DNA from: an uncultured Bacteroidales bacterium
GTDB lineage: Bacteria; Bacteroidota; Bacteroidia; Bacteroidales; Bacteroidaceae
Length of the DNA stretch: 64,000 bases
Reading direction: 5' to 3'
Assembly: GCA_902775975.1 (NCBI GenBank)
Contig: CACYOC010000014.1
Location: forward strand, 14,105 to 78,104
In this document: positions 47,942 through 59,144 of the stretch, in pieces
How the letters are laid out: the number at the start of each line of letters is the position of its first letter
How positions within the stretch are numbered: the first letter of the stretch is position 1
Made by a program: the position numbers and the translations under genes
The notes under the pieces: generated by a model
Seen by the model: the letters and a program-made list of their open reading frames with translations, nothing else
The model's database searches: none
What the model was told of the DNA's origin: nothing

Positions 47942-50437
47942 ATGATAACAAAATTACGCTCAGCCCTCTCGGTAAGAAGAATTGCGGGGTTTTTACTGAT
48001 GACAGTAATTTGTATGACGGCATCAGCCACAGACATCCATGTGGCTACCACAGGTAATGATGCTAACGATGGAACGGAATCCGCTCCGCTGCTGACAATT
48101 GCCAAGGCGGTAGAGAAAGTTCAGCCAGGCGACCGTATCCTGATTCATGAAGGTACCTATTATATTACGGAACGTATCAAGATCCCCGAACTGGCGACAA
48201 CGCCTGACTTGCGTTGCGAGATGCGTGCCTGGCCGGAAAATGCCGTGGGAAAAGTCATCATTGATGCCAAGAATATGAAGCATACCACGGAGGCTGCCTT
48301 CAAGATGGGACGTTGTATCTATGTGAACCACTTGGCCAACTACTGGACGTTCTATGGATTGGTGCTTCAGAATGCCGAGGACAACGGTATGAAGGTGGAA
48401 GGTTCCTATAACATCATTGAGCGTTGTACGTTCCGTTGGAACAACGATTCCGGTTTGCAGATTGGCATGTACAAAGACTGGAAGATTGAAGAAACCAAGA
48501 CCCTTGGCGGTGGCGTTCCTGAGTTTAACCCTGGCTATAAGTACTGCCGTTACAACAAGGTTATCAACTGCGACTCCTATGAGAATGCCGATGCCCGCAC
48601 CTATAATGGTGCTGACGACTATGGAGATGCCGATGGATTCGCCTGTAAATTGTTCCCTGGTCCTGGCACAGAGTTCCGTGGATGTCGCGCGTGGACCAAC
48701 TCTGACGATAACTGGGATCTCTATATGGTGTATCATCCCGTAGTCATTGACCATTGCTGGGCCTATAATGCCGGACGCACATCTACAGGTAGTGAGGTAG
48801 GTAATGGCAACGGCTTCAAGTTAGGCGGCGGTGGTTCTGCAGGAGGTGCAGCTTTCGACCAGTCAACAGGTGCTCACGTAGTCACCAACTGCGTCGCCTT
48901 CAACAACCTCCATAAGGGTTTTGATCAGAATAACGCTTATGAGGGTATGTATATTATCAATTGTACCGCCTGGGGTAATGAGTTCAACTATCGTTTCCCC
49001 ACACTCTTTAAGTATGGTTTTGTCGATATCCACAACTGTATTGGTTGGGGCGCTACAGCAGCGAAGAGCGGAAAAAAGGTTGGAAACCACGAGTTCCTTT
49101 CACCCGATAAGCCGGGTTATCAGGACCCTACTGCTTACACCACCTTCAATTCATGGATTGAGATAGACGGATGCAGTCCTATTAAGGAAAGCTACAAACC
49201 TGATGGGGGCGACTACACTCCTGCCACCAAAGACCATAGTGGCGAGTTCCTCTCGCTCAGCGTCAGTGATTTCATGGCTCCCCGCGAGGATGACGGTTCG
49301 CTGCCCAACAACAACTTCGCCCGTCTCAAGCCTAATAGCATCTTCAAAGACAAAGGTACTCCCTATCTTGGCTTTACTCCTGCTCGCAAGATGTCGGAGG
49401 CAGAGTGTACTGCTGCAGGTTTGGAGTATATCACTGCCGATGACCTGTATATTCCTTACAACGATGCCGCTCCCGATTTAGGCGCCTACGAAACTGATGG
49501 TGTTCCCGTTGATTATACGATTCCTGATAAGATAGAGGTGACTTGTAAAACGGCCAATTCATCGCAGGAGGTCGTTCAAGGGAATGCCATTGCTGACATC
49601 GTCTATAAATGGAACGAGGTAGGCACCAGTGCTGTCGTTGAAGATCTTCCCGAAGGTCTGTCTTATAACATCAGTGGCCATACGCTGACCATCAGCGGCA
49701 CTCCTACCGCAGCAGGCACCTTCAAACTTACGGTCAGTGGCGATAAGGCTGCCGGCGTAAAGGACTATGTTACCACAGGTATCATTACGATGGTTACTCC
49801 TTATAAGATACTTACTGGCGACTGGTATCACTTCCAGGATGCTTTCGATGCGTTACCTATCGACTTGCAGGGCGTGTTAGAGCTCGTCAAAGGTGATAAC
49901 ACGGAGGCTACTACCGATGGCAAGGGCACTAAAGGTGACACAACGATTGATCCCCAAAAGGCCGAGAGCGACGCACAAGGTGCTGGATATAGCATTGGTG
50001 CGGTGAATATGGGCCAGAGCAATGGTGGCATCCGACTGAACCTTGCGAATGGTGTGTTGCAGTTGCAGCTCAATACCTTCTTTACGGGTGGCCGCACCTT
50101 TGAGATTTCCTGGACTTTAGCTAACGGTACTACGCCTGCTGCAGTCTCTACATCACAATACAAGAAAGGTGCTTACATGTTGGATGTCCTGAGTTTGGCA
50201 GGTATCAACGAGGCCATGGCGAAGCAGATCCGTTCGCTGACTTTCCGTCAGAAGGGGGCCAATGGCGGTGCACGTATTTATGATATGTATGTACGAGTTC
50301 CCGCTACAGATGCCTCCGGCATTACCTCTGTGAATGTTGCTGTTGAAAAGGTTCGTACTCAGAAAGTGTTAGAGGGTGGTCGCCTTGTCATTATCAAGAA
50401 TGGCGAGCGGTTCAATCTTGCCGGTCAGAAGATGTGA
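47942..50437 (+). CDS. Polysaccharide lyase family 9 (pectate lyase L-like) with T9SS CTD
   Basis: ADGFACK, RAWTNSDDNWD, GNGNGFKLGG, HKGFDQN; C-terminal GRLVIIKNGERFNLAGQ. Confidence 0.88.
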   Translation: MITKLRSALSVRRIAGFLLMTVICMTASATDIHVATTGNDANDGTESAPLLTIAKAVEKVQPGDRILIHEGTYYITERIKIPELATTPDLRCEMRAWPENAVGKVIIDAKNMKHTTEAAFKMGRCIYVNHLANYWTFYGLVLQNAEDNGMKVEGSYNIIERCTFRWNNDSGLQIGMYKDWKIEETKTLGGGVPEFNPGYKYCRYNKVINCDSYENADARTYNGADDYGDADGFACKLFPGPGTEFRGCRAWTNSDDNWDLYMVYHPVVIDHCWAYNAGRTSTGSEVGNGNGFKLGGGGSAGGAAFDQSTGAHVVTNCVAFNNLHKGFDQNNAYEGMYIINCTAWGNEFNYRFPTLFKYGFVDIHNCIGWGATAAKSGKKVGNHEFLSPDKPGYQDPTAYTTFNSWIEIDGCSPIKESYKPDGGDYTPATKDHSGEFLSLSVSDFMAPREDDGSLPNNNFARLKPNSIFKDKGTPYLGFTPARKMSEAECTAAGLEYITADDLYIPYNDAAPDLGAYETDGVPVDYTIPDKIEVTCKTANSSQEVVQGNAIADIVYKWNEVGTSAVVEDLPEGLSYNISGHTLTISGTPTAAGTFKLTVSGDKAAGVKDYVTTGIITMVTPYKILTGDWYHFQDAFDALPIDLQGVLELVKGDNTEATTDGKGTKGDTTIDPQKAESDAQGAGYSIGAVNMGQSNGGIRLNLANGVLQLQLNTFFTGGRTFEISWTLANGTTPAAVSTSQYKKGAYMLDVLSLAGINEAMAKQIRSLTFRQKGANGGARIYDMYVRVPATDASGITSVNVAVEKVRTQKVLEGGRLVIIKNGERFNLAGQKM

Positions 50438-50750
50438 TAATGGAGGTGTCGCACCTCCTTATTACGACTTGATAACTTTTGATAGGAAATACCAACATAT
50501 TGGCACGAAAAGTGGCTAATTAGTTAAAAAAGATGCCTGAAATGTATCTTTTTTATAAATTTATTTGCCCAAATGATAAAAAAGTGTTACCTTTGTGGCT
50601 CATTATAAAAGTAGCCTTTAGTGTTTGAGCACTTGTTGGGCACTTTTTGTGCGCTCTATAATAATATAAAGGTACGCGCGAGAAAACATGACGAATAGAA
50701 CGTAGCGATAAAGAGTAAAATTAAAAAATAAAAAAACGAAGAGAGTGTTT

Positions 50751-53700
50751 ATGGAAAAACGACTAACTATGTTTCTTGCCTGTCTTTTGTTCGGCATGGG
50801 CATGACTTTTGCCCAGAACAAAATTACGGGTACTGTCTTTGAAGATACCGGCGAGCCCTGTATTGGTGCTACGGTGATGGTTCAAGGCACTAAACAGGGA
50901 ACGAAGACCGACTTTGAAGAAGCTTGTGATAAGCTATGTCGGTATGAAAACCCAGACAGTGAAGGCCAGTGACGGCATGAAGGTGACGTTACAGCCAGAT
51001 GCTGCTCAGCAGTTGGATGAAGTAGTAGCAGTAGGTATGATGAAGCAGGATAAGCGTATGTTTACCGGTGCAACTACCAAGATTAATGCTGATGATGCCA
51101 AGTTGGACGGTGTTGCTGATGTAAGCCGCTCGTTGGAAGGCCGTGCTGCTGGTGTGTCTGTGCAGAACGTGTCTGGTACTTTCGGTACAGCTCCTAAGAT
51201 TCGCGTCCGTGGTGCCACGTCCATTCTCGGTGGTAGCAAGCCACTGTGGGTGGTTGATGGCGTTATCATGGAAGACGTGGTGGATATTGATGCCAACGAC
51301 TTGTCGTCAGGTGATGCCAACACACTGATATCCAGTGCAATTGCAGGTCTGAACTCTGATGATATTGAGTCGTTCCAGATTCTGAAAGACGGTTCTGCTA
51401 CCTCTATCTATGGTGCACGTGCTATGGCCGGTGTGATTGTTATTACCACCAAGAAAGGTAAGGTAGGACAGAGCAGCATCAACTATACAGGTGAGTTTAC
51501 CATGCGTCTGAAGCCCAGTTATAAGACGTTCAACATCATGAACTCTCAGGAGCAGATGTCTGTCTATCAGGAAATGCAGCAGAAGGGTTACCTGAACTAT
51601 GCCGAGCTTTCCAATGCCGCCAGTAGCGGTATTTATGGTAAGATGTATCAGCTTGTCAGCATGTACGATGCTACCTCTGGACAGTTTGGCTTGGCCAATA
51701 CTGCAGCAGCTCGTGCCGACTATCTGCGTCAGGCCGAGTATCGCAACACTGACTGGTTTGACGAGTTGTTCACAACCAACATTCAGCACAACCACTCTAT
51801 CAGTATTTCAAGTGGTACTGAGAAAGCTCAGACCCGTGCTTCTATCAGTGCTATGTATGATCCGGGCTGGACGTTGCAGTCGAAGGTTCAGCGTTATACT
51901 GCCAGTTTGAACTCTACTTTCAATCTGTCTAAGAAGCTGTCGTTCACTATGATTGGCAATGCAAGTTATCGTAAGCAGCGTGCTCCTGGTACGCTGAGCA
52001 GCGAGTTGGACCCCGTGACAGGTGCTGTGAACCGTTCGTTCGATATCAACCCGTATTCTTATGCCTTGAATACCTCACGTGCACTGGATGCCAATGAGTT
52101 CTATACCCGCAACTATGCTCCTTTCAATATCAAGGACGAGCTCAATAAGAACTACATGGATTTGGATGTATTCACCGTCCGTGTGCAGGGTGAGTTGAAG
52201 TACAAGCCCATTAAGAACTTGGAGTTGTCAGCATTGGCAGCCTACGAGTATGCTGGTTCTACGAATACGCATAACATCTTGGACGACTCAAACCAGGCTC
52301 TTGCGTATCGTGCTATGCAGACCAGTACCATCCGTGACAACAACAACTTCTTGTATAAGGATCCTGATAACCCCTATGCCTTGCCTATCTCTGTATTGCC
52401 TAATGGTGGTATCATGAACAAGACGACGAATAAGATGAATGACTGGACTTTCCGTGCCAGTGCAAGCTATAACACCGTCTTCAACGACAAGCACATCATC
52501 AACCTTTTCGGAGGTACTGAGATTCAGTCCATTGACCGTTCGAACGACTGGTTCCGTGGCTGGGGCATGCAGTATAATATGGGTGAGATTTCTGCCTATG
52601 ACTATCGTGCGTTTAAGCAGGGTTCAGAGAAGAATACGAACTATTTTACGTTAACAAACAGACACGACCGTAGTGCGGCTTTCTTTGCAAACGCCACCTA
52701 TTCGTGGAACCACCGCTATACAATCAACGGTACCCTGCGCTATGAGGGTACTAACAAGTTAGGTAAGGCTACCAGCGCCCGTTGGCTGCCGACATGGAAC
52801 ATCTCCGGTGCATGGAATGCCCACGAGGAGCCTTGGTTTGCCGATACCTTCAAGAACATCATGACCCACGCTACGCTGAAGGCCAGCTACTCGCTGACTG
52901 CCGACCGTGGTCCTTCTTATGTCACCAACTCGTTGCCCGTTATTGCCAGTACCAATCCTTGGCGTCCTTTTGCCGGCGTGAAGGAGACGGCCCTGTATAT
53001 CTCAAGTCTGGGTAACGACGACCTGACCTATGAGAAGAAGCATGAGTTCAACCTCGGTGCTGAGTTCGGTTTCCTGAACAACCGCATCAATGTTGAGTTT
53101 GATTGGTACACCCGTAACAACTACGACCTGATAGGTGTCGCCACCACAGCAGGTGTCGGCGGTGAGGTGCGGAAGTACGGTAACATTGCTACGATGAAGT
53201 CGGGTGGTGTCGAGTTGAGCATTACTACACAGAATATCAAGAACAAGGATTTCTCGTGGTCAACCAGCTTCATCTATTCTCATACTCACAATGAGGTGAC
53301 GGACCTGAAGACTGCAACCCGTGTCATTGACCTGCTGCAGGGTACCGGTTACTCACTGCAGGGATATGCCCGTAACAGTGTGTTCTCAATACCGTTCCGC
53401 GGTCTGAACAACGAGGGTCTGCCTTTGTTCCTTGACCAGGATGGCAACATCACTACGACGGGAATCTACTTCCAGACCAGTGATGAGGAGAAGTTCAAGT
53501 TCCTGGAGTACTCTGGTACTGCCGATCCTACCACAACGGGTTCGCTGGGTAACATCTTTAAGTACAAAGGATTCACGCTGAACCTATTCATTACCTATTC
53601 TTTTGGCAACGTGGTGCGCCTGGATCCTGTGTTCCAGAAGTCATATAACGACCTGACCTCTATGCCGAAGGAGTTTGCCAATCGTTGGATGGTTCCTGGC

Positions 53701-54042
53701 GACGAGAACATCACGACCATTCCTGTCATCGCCTCTAAGCGACAGAACAAGAACGATCCGAACCTGAGCTATGCCTACAGTGCATACAACTACTCTACAG
53801 AGCGTATTGCCAAGGGTGACTTCATCCGTATGAAAGAAATCTCGCTGGCTTACCAGTTCCCCAAGAAGTGGGTTGAGCCGCTGAATCTGAACAGTGCCTC
53901 GCTGAAGCTGCAGGCAACCAACCTGTTCCTGATCTATGCTGACAAGAAGCTGAACGGACAGGATCCTGAGTTCTTTAATACTGGTGGTGTGGCAGTGCCT
54001 ATGGCTAAGCAGTTCACCCTTACATTAAAATTAGGAATCTAA
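50751..54042 (+). pseudogene. susC: SusC/RagA TonB-dependent transporter, frameshifted near 50913
   Basis: Signal peptide and carboxypeptidase-regulatory-like N-terminus in one frame; PLWVVDG, ILKDGSATSIYGARA and barrel in +1 frame (ORF 50914-54042). Confidence 0.85.
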
Positions 54043-54063
54043 AAAGTCAGGAGGATTAACGAT

Positions 54064-55656
54064 ATGAAGATAACAATTAAGACATTCGCATTGCTCCTGA
54101 TGGGAGCAGCTACGCTGGTCTCTTGCAATAAGTTCTTGGACGAGCTGCCCGACAACCGTGCCGAAGTAGATTCGGAGGCAAAGATTGAGAAGTTGTTGGT
54201 GTCGGCTTATCCGGAGAAGACCTATATCATGATTGCCGAGATGAGTTCCGACAACGTTGACGACTACGGCGAGAAGAACCCCAATACCGACCGCTTTATC
54301 GACGAGGTCTATCACTGGAAGGACCAGACAGAGTCTAACAACGAGAGTGTTGAGGCTATTTGGGAGGCTTCCTATAGTGCTATCGCTGCCGCCAATCAGG
54401 CGTTGAAGTCTATTGAAGAGCTGGGCTCTACGTCTCAGACCATGAGAGAAGCACGTGGCGAGGCTCTGCTGTGCCGTGCCTATAACCACTTCGTCCTGGT
54501 GAACGTCTTCTGTAAGCACTACAATGCTCAGACGAGTTCGACCGACCTGGGTATTCCTTACATGGAGCAGGTGGAGAGCACGCTGAAACCCGAATACCAG
54601 CGCGGTACCGTTGCTGACGTCTATCAGAAGATTGAGCGCGACGTGAATGAGGCGCTGCCATTGGTGGGCGAGAGCTACTATGAGCAGCCCAAGTACCACT
54701 TCAATAAGAAGGCAGCCTTTGCCTTTGCTTCCCGTTTCTTCCTCTTCTACGAGAAGTGGGACAGAGCCATTGAGTGTGCCAACGCTGTGCTGGGTACTCG
54801 ACCCGACCAGATGCTGCGCGACTGGGCCGCACAGGCGGCGATGACACAGGACTACGAGCCTATCGTCAACCACTACATCTCTTCTACGCTGAACTGCAAC
54901 CTGATGCTGTGTACAGCTTACTCAGCCGTAGGACTGGCATTCGGTCCCTACAAGTACTATACCCGCTACTCACACGGTGCCTATCTGGCCAACAACGAGA
55001 CGGGTAATGCTAAAAATATCTGGGGTGGTAATCCGCGTAACGACTATTATTCGCCTATGAAGATATACTCGGCTACCAATCTGGATCGTACCATCTTCTG
55101 GAAGCTTCCTTATCTGTTCGAGGAGAAAGATCCTGTTGCAGGAATTGGTTTCTATCGTACTGTCTATCCCGCCTTTACAGGTGACGAGACCTTGCTGAAC
55201 AGAGCTGAGGCCGAGATTATGTTGAAGCAGTATGACATGGCATGTGAAGACATGACCACCTGGTTGCATAACATCTATAAGACGAGCTATAAGTTCACTT
55301 CTGACAATGTGCAGAAGTTCTATAGTGGAATTGACTATAGCTACGCTGCTGCCGGTGGTATGAACTCTACGATTAAGAAGCACCTGCACCCCGCATTCCA
55401 AATTGATGCCGAGGGCTCTGTCCAGGAGTGTATGTTGCAGGCCGTACTTCAGTGCCGCCGCATCGAGACTCTGCAGACTGGTCTGCGCTGGTTCGATGTG
55501 AAGCGCTATGGCATTGAGATTGTTCGCCGTATCATGGACGACAAGGGTAATCCTGTCAAGTTGGTCGATGTACTTCCGAAGAACGACGAGCGTCGTGCTA
55601 TCCAGCTGCCTTCAAAGGTTATTTCTGCTGGTATTCAGCCTAATCCAAGAAACTAA
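54064..55656 (+). CDS. susD: SusD/RagB nutrient-binding lipoprotein
   Basis: Lipobox LVSC..FLDELPD, EALLCRAYNHFVLV, RRIE...GLRWFDVKR. Confidence 0.93.
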   Translation: MKITIKTFALLLMGAATLVSCNKFLDELPDNRAEVDSEAKIEKLLVSAYPEKTYIMIAEMSSDNVDDYGEKNPNTDRFIDEVYHWKDQTESNNESVEAIWEASYSAIAAANQALKSIEELGSTSQTMREARGEALLCRAYNHFVLVNVFCKHYNAQTSSTDLGIPYMEQVESTLKPEYQRGTVADVYQKIERDVNEALPLVGESYYEQPKYHFNKKAAFAFASRFFLFYEKWDRAIECANAVLGTRPDQMLRDWAAQAAMTQDYEPIVNHYISSTLNCNLMLCTAYSAVGLAFGPYKYYTRYSHGAYLANNETGNAKNIWGGNPRNDYYSPMKIYSATNLDRTIFWKLPYLFEEKDPVAGIGFYRTVYPAFTGDETLLNRAEAEIMLKQYDMACEDMTTWLHNIYKTSYKFTSDNVQKFYSGIDYSYAAAGGMNSTIKKHLHPAFQIDAEGSVQECMLQAVLQCRRIETLQTGLRWFDVKRYGIEIVRRIMDDKGNPVKLVDVLPKNDERRAIQLPSKVISAGIQPNPRN

Positions 55657-55677
55657 GGTCAATAAAGAAACAATACT

Positions 55678-56616
55678 ATGGTTAGAAAATTCTTATATAT
55701 AGCCTGCATCATCTGTGCATTGGGCGTTTTCTCTGCCTGTTCCAAGGATGATATGAGCGGCAAGTCAGTTATTGCCGAGGGTACTGTCGTGCAGAACGAC
55801 TTCGACAAGTGGCTCTATGCCAACTTCACCGCTCCCTACAACATTGCATTCAAGTACAAGTACGAGGAGATAGAGAGTGACTATGACTATTACACCGTCC
55901 CTGCCGACTACGAGATGTCCATCAAGATGGCTCATCTGGTCAAGTACCTCTGTATAGAGGCTTACGATGAGGTGGCAGGAACAGTGTTCACCCGTAGCTT
56001 CTTCCCCAAGATGTTCTTCCTCATTGGTGAGTGGGAGTATCGTAACAACGGAACCTTCATCCTGGGTACTGCCGAGGGTGGTAAGAAGATTCTGCTGACG
56101 GGTGTCAATGACATCAACGATGTGTTGGCCGGTACTTACGATAAGACAAGAACTGTGGCAGAGGCACTGAATCACTACTACATCAAGACCATCCATCACG
56201 AGTTTGTACACATCGTCAACCAGACCCGTCCGTACTCCACTGACTTCAAGCAGATTACGGGTTCCGGGTACGTGGCCGACAGCTGGAGTGAGGCACCCTA
56301 TAACAGTCTTGAGGAAGATGGCAATCCTTACTACCTGAAGCACGGCTTCATCACCGCCTATTCCCAGCACTCTGACACTGAGGACTTCGCCGAGATGGCT
56401 TCCGAGTACATCGTAGAGCCTGTAGAGGTATGGAACAAGTGGATGAAGCAGGCAGGTGACACGGGTGCGGCCCTCATCCAGATGAAACTGGACATCGTCA
56501 AGGACTACTATCTGAACACTTGGAACATCGACCTGGACAAGATGCGTGAGGCGGTGGCTCGTCGTCAGAACGATGTAGTGAACGGCAAGATAGACCTGAC
56601 AGACATCTCACTTTAA
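55678..56616 (+). CDS. Substrate-import-associated zinc metallopeptidase lipoprotein
   Basis: Lipobox FSAC, LGTAEGG, TIHHEFVH (HExxH), EDFAE. Confidence 0.85.
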   Translation: MVRKFLYIACIICALGVFSACSKDDMSGKSVIAEGTVVQNDFDKWLYANFTAPYNIAFKYKYEEIESDYDYYTVPADYEMSIKMAHLVKYLCIEAYDEVAGTVFTRSFFPKMFFLIGEWEYRNNGTFILGTAEGGKKILLTGVNDINDVLAGTYDKTRTVAEALNHYYIKTIHHEFVHIVNQTRPYSTDFKQITGSGYVADSWSEAPYNSLEEDGNPYYLKHGFITAYSQHSDTEDFAEMASEYIVEPVEVWNKWMKQAGDTGAALIQMKLDIVKDYYLNTWNIDLDKMREAVARRQNDVVNGKIDLTDISL

Positions 56617-56644
56617 ACAAAAGTATCAAAGACACAATAGCGAT

Positions 56645-57958
56645 ATGAAAAAGACATTCCATATATTGACATGCTGCTTGTTGCTGACGGCTATGGCGCT
56701 CTTCCAGTCTTGTCTGAAAGACGACGACAAGCTGTACGGCGACGAGGGCGACCGTGTAGAGAACTATCTGAAGAATGCCAAGAGCGTGCTGACTAATTCA
56801 GAGCACGGATGGCACCTGGAATACTATCCGCACCGCGAGCTGAAGTATGGCGGCTTCAACTACTGCTTGAAGTTTACGGATGACAACAAGGTGACGGTAT
56901 GGTACGAGGATGCTAAAGGTGAGAGCGTAACATCGACCTACAATCTGGTTGGTGACGACGGTCCCGTGCTGACATTCGACACCTACAACAAGTTGATGCA
57001 CATCTTTGCCACACCGTCACAGGGCGAGTACGAGGCCAAGGATGGCGATTTCGAGTTCATCCTGCTGAAGGTTACTGACAGCGAGATTACCCTAAAGGGT
57101 AAGCGCTCGGGCAACGTTATGTATATGCACAAGTTGAATGGCGATCCTACCGACTATCTGAGCGACCTTGAAGCAACCAAGGCCAAGTACCATAGGTATG
57201 GTGCCGGTACGGCAGAGTGGGGCGGCAATCAGTATTCAGCCCTCTTCGACCTGCAGAACCGTAAGTTCACGCTGCTCGACAAAGACGGCGTCGAGGTCGA
57301 TCACCGCATGCTCATCTATACCGATAAGGGCTTCAAGCTGGCTTCTCCGCTGGCTTGGGACGGTGAACAGTTGCAGGACTTTACCTTCAACGACGATGCC
57401 GCTGAGAAGACCTTTACCTCTGGTAACGTGACCTTCAAGATGCAGGAGACCTATAAGACCTACAACGACTTCATCGGCTCCTACACCATCCTGGAGCTGA
57501 GCAATCGCACTGTCACCCTCCAGAAGGACGTCGAGGGACAGAGCTACATCGTCAAGAACCTCGGCAGCGGTGGCTACAATACTGTTGCCTACTCAGATGC
57601 AGGTGACGAGAGCAAGGGCATCGCCCCCCTCAAGGGTGATGGCAATCCCCGTGCCTACTATGACGAGTATTGGGGCAAGCTGTACTTCAAGCCCGTCTTC
57701 ATAGGACAGTCGTCAGGTTTCCAGAAAACCTATTATATCTATCTGTACACTACCGATGGTGACATGGTGTATTTCGATGACCAATATCCCTGTAAGACCG
57801 CAGCCTATCCTGGCAGCGCCATTAAAATTCAAGTGGGTGCCAATGGTATGGGAATTACCGACTGGTTCTGGACTAAGCCTCGTCCTAATGACGAAGGCTC
57901 AGAGTCTGCGGGTAATTTCGACGACTTCCCCATTCCTATGACGTGGACAAAGAAATAA
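56645..57958 (+). CDS. DUF4302-like lipoprotein
   Basis: Lipobox FQSC, GW.LEYYP, GG.N, GPVLTFDTYN, GDFEF. Confidence 0.8.
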   Translation: MKKTFHILTCCLLLTAMALFQSCLKDDDKLYGDEGDRVENYLKNAKSVLTNSEHGWHLEYYPHRELKYGGFNYCLKFTDDNKVTVWYEDAKGESVTSTYNLVGDDGPVLTFDTYNKLMHIFATPSQGEYEAKDGDFEFILLKVTDSEITLKGKRSGNVMYMHKLNGDPTDYLSDLEATKAKYHRYGAGTAEWGGNQYSALFDLQNRKFTLLDKDGVEVDHRMLIYTDKGFKLASPLAWDGEQLQDFTFNDDAAEKTFTSGNVTFKMQETYKTYNDFIGSYTILELSNRTVTLQKDVEGQSYIVKNLGSGGYNTVAYSDAGDESKGIAPLKGDGNPRAYYDEYWGKLYFKPVFIGQSSGFQKTYYIYLYTTDGDMVYFDDQYPCKTAAYPGSAIKIQVGANGMGITDWFWTKPRPNDEGSESAGNFDDFPIPMTWTKK

Positions 57959-57974
57959 AATTAGAAAGACAACT

Positions 57975-59096
57975 ATGATGAAGCATCTATATAATATAAT
58001 GATTACTGCCCTGATGACATGTTCATTTGCGGCTTGCAGCAGTGACGACCCCACCTACGAGTCGCCCGCCAAGATTAAGATCACTTCAGCTGATATCGTA
58101 TTTACGCCCAATGGAGGTACCAATACGGTGAAGACGGAAGCCAGCGGTACGCTGACGGCCACCAGCAGCAGCTCGTGGCTGACCATCAAGGTCAACGGCT
58201 CTAACCTGGAGCTGACGGCCCAGCCCAACACTGACCTTCAGACCCGTACCGCCGTTATCAGCCTCTCTGCCGATGGTGCTGTGGCTACGCTCACCGCTCA
58301 GCAGAAGGGCCTGATAATCGATATGAATGTTCATGACAACTACCAGTTTAATGATTCAGACAATCAAGACTCTATCATTAACAATAATAGTAACGTTGAC
58401 TTCGAGGTGTCGGTTTCAGATTCCTGGATTAAGGTGTTAAAGACCAAACATGATTTTGCGGTTTCTGTAGAGGATAATGCAAGTAACGATTTCCGTGTTG
58501 GAAGTGTAACCCTGAAGTTTGCCGACTATAAGAAAGACTTCAAAGTCATCCAGTGGGGTAAGGAGTATCCATTTACCTCATTGAATACCGCAACTTATAC
58601 CGATGGTGAGGGCAATGAGCAGAGTAAGTCCATCACCGTTGTTAAGGACGATACCAAGGAAGGTGCCTATCTCGTCAAGGGCCTCGTTCCTGAGGGCGAT
58701 ATTCAGGTGCTAACCAACAGCAGCAAGAAGGGTGAGTTCTACATCCCCTCTGGTTATCTGGTAGGCACCAAGGTGAAGACCGATGGTACCACCGTCTATC
58801 TGCGCTGCATGATAAGTGCTGCCAATGTCAACACTGGTGTCCGCTACTGGTCCACGGTCATCACTAACACCGCCACGTCGGCCAACCGCATGAGCATGGG
58901 CTGGGCTGTTGACAGCAACAGTCAGGCAACATTGTCGTACACTCGGAACAGCACGCTCAGCTCAACCTACAGTACCGATGGTATCATCGTTGCGCGCTAC
59001 AAGAAGGCTACAGGTGCTGCCGCCTCCAACCGCGACGGTTCGGGTGACGAAAGCATCGAGTACTATCTGCTCGGACTTACACTCTCGAAACAGTAA
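57975..59096 (+). CDS. BACON-domain lipoprotein
   Basis: Lipobox FAAC; two SWL/I...N....R...V...Q BACON repeats. Confidence 0.8.
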   Translation: MMKHLYNIMITALMTCSFAACSSDDPTYESPAKIKITSADIVFTPNGGTNTVKTEASGTLTATSSSSWLTIKVNGSNLELTAQPNTDLQTRTAVISLSADGAVATLTAQQKGLIIDMNVHDNYQFNDSDNQDSIINNNSNVDFEVSVSDSWIKVLKTKHDFAVSVEDNASNDFRVGSVTLKFADYKKDFKVIQWGKEYPFTSLNTATYTDGEGNEQSKSITVVKDDTKEGAYLVKGLVPEGDIQVLTNSSKKGEFYIPSGYLVGTKVKTDGTTVYLRCMISAANVNTGVRYWSTVITNTATSANRMSMGWAVDSNSQATLSYTRNSTLSSTYSTDGIIVARYKKATGAAASNRDGSGDESIEYYLLGLTLSKQ

Positions 59097-59144
59097 TGCA
59101 TAACACATATATCATTATTTATTAACATTAAACTATTTGGACGT

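Noticed and set aside
50905..50920. Programmed +1 frameshift (CTTTGA, prfB-like) in susC
   Set aside because: TGA is not in the reading frame, and conserved residues are missing, which fits a deletion better
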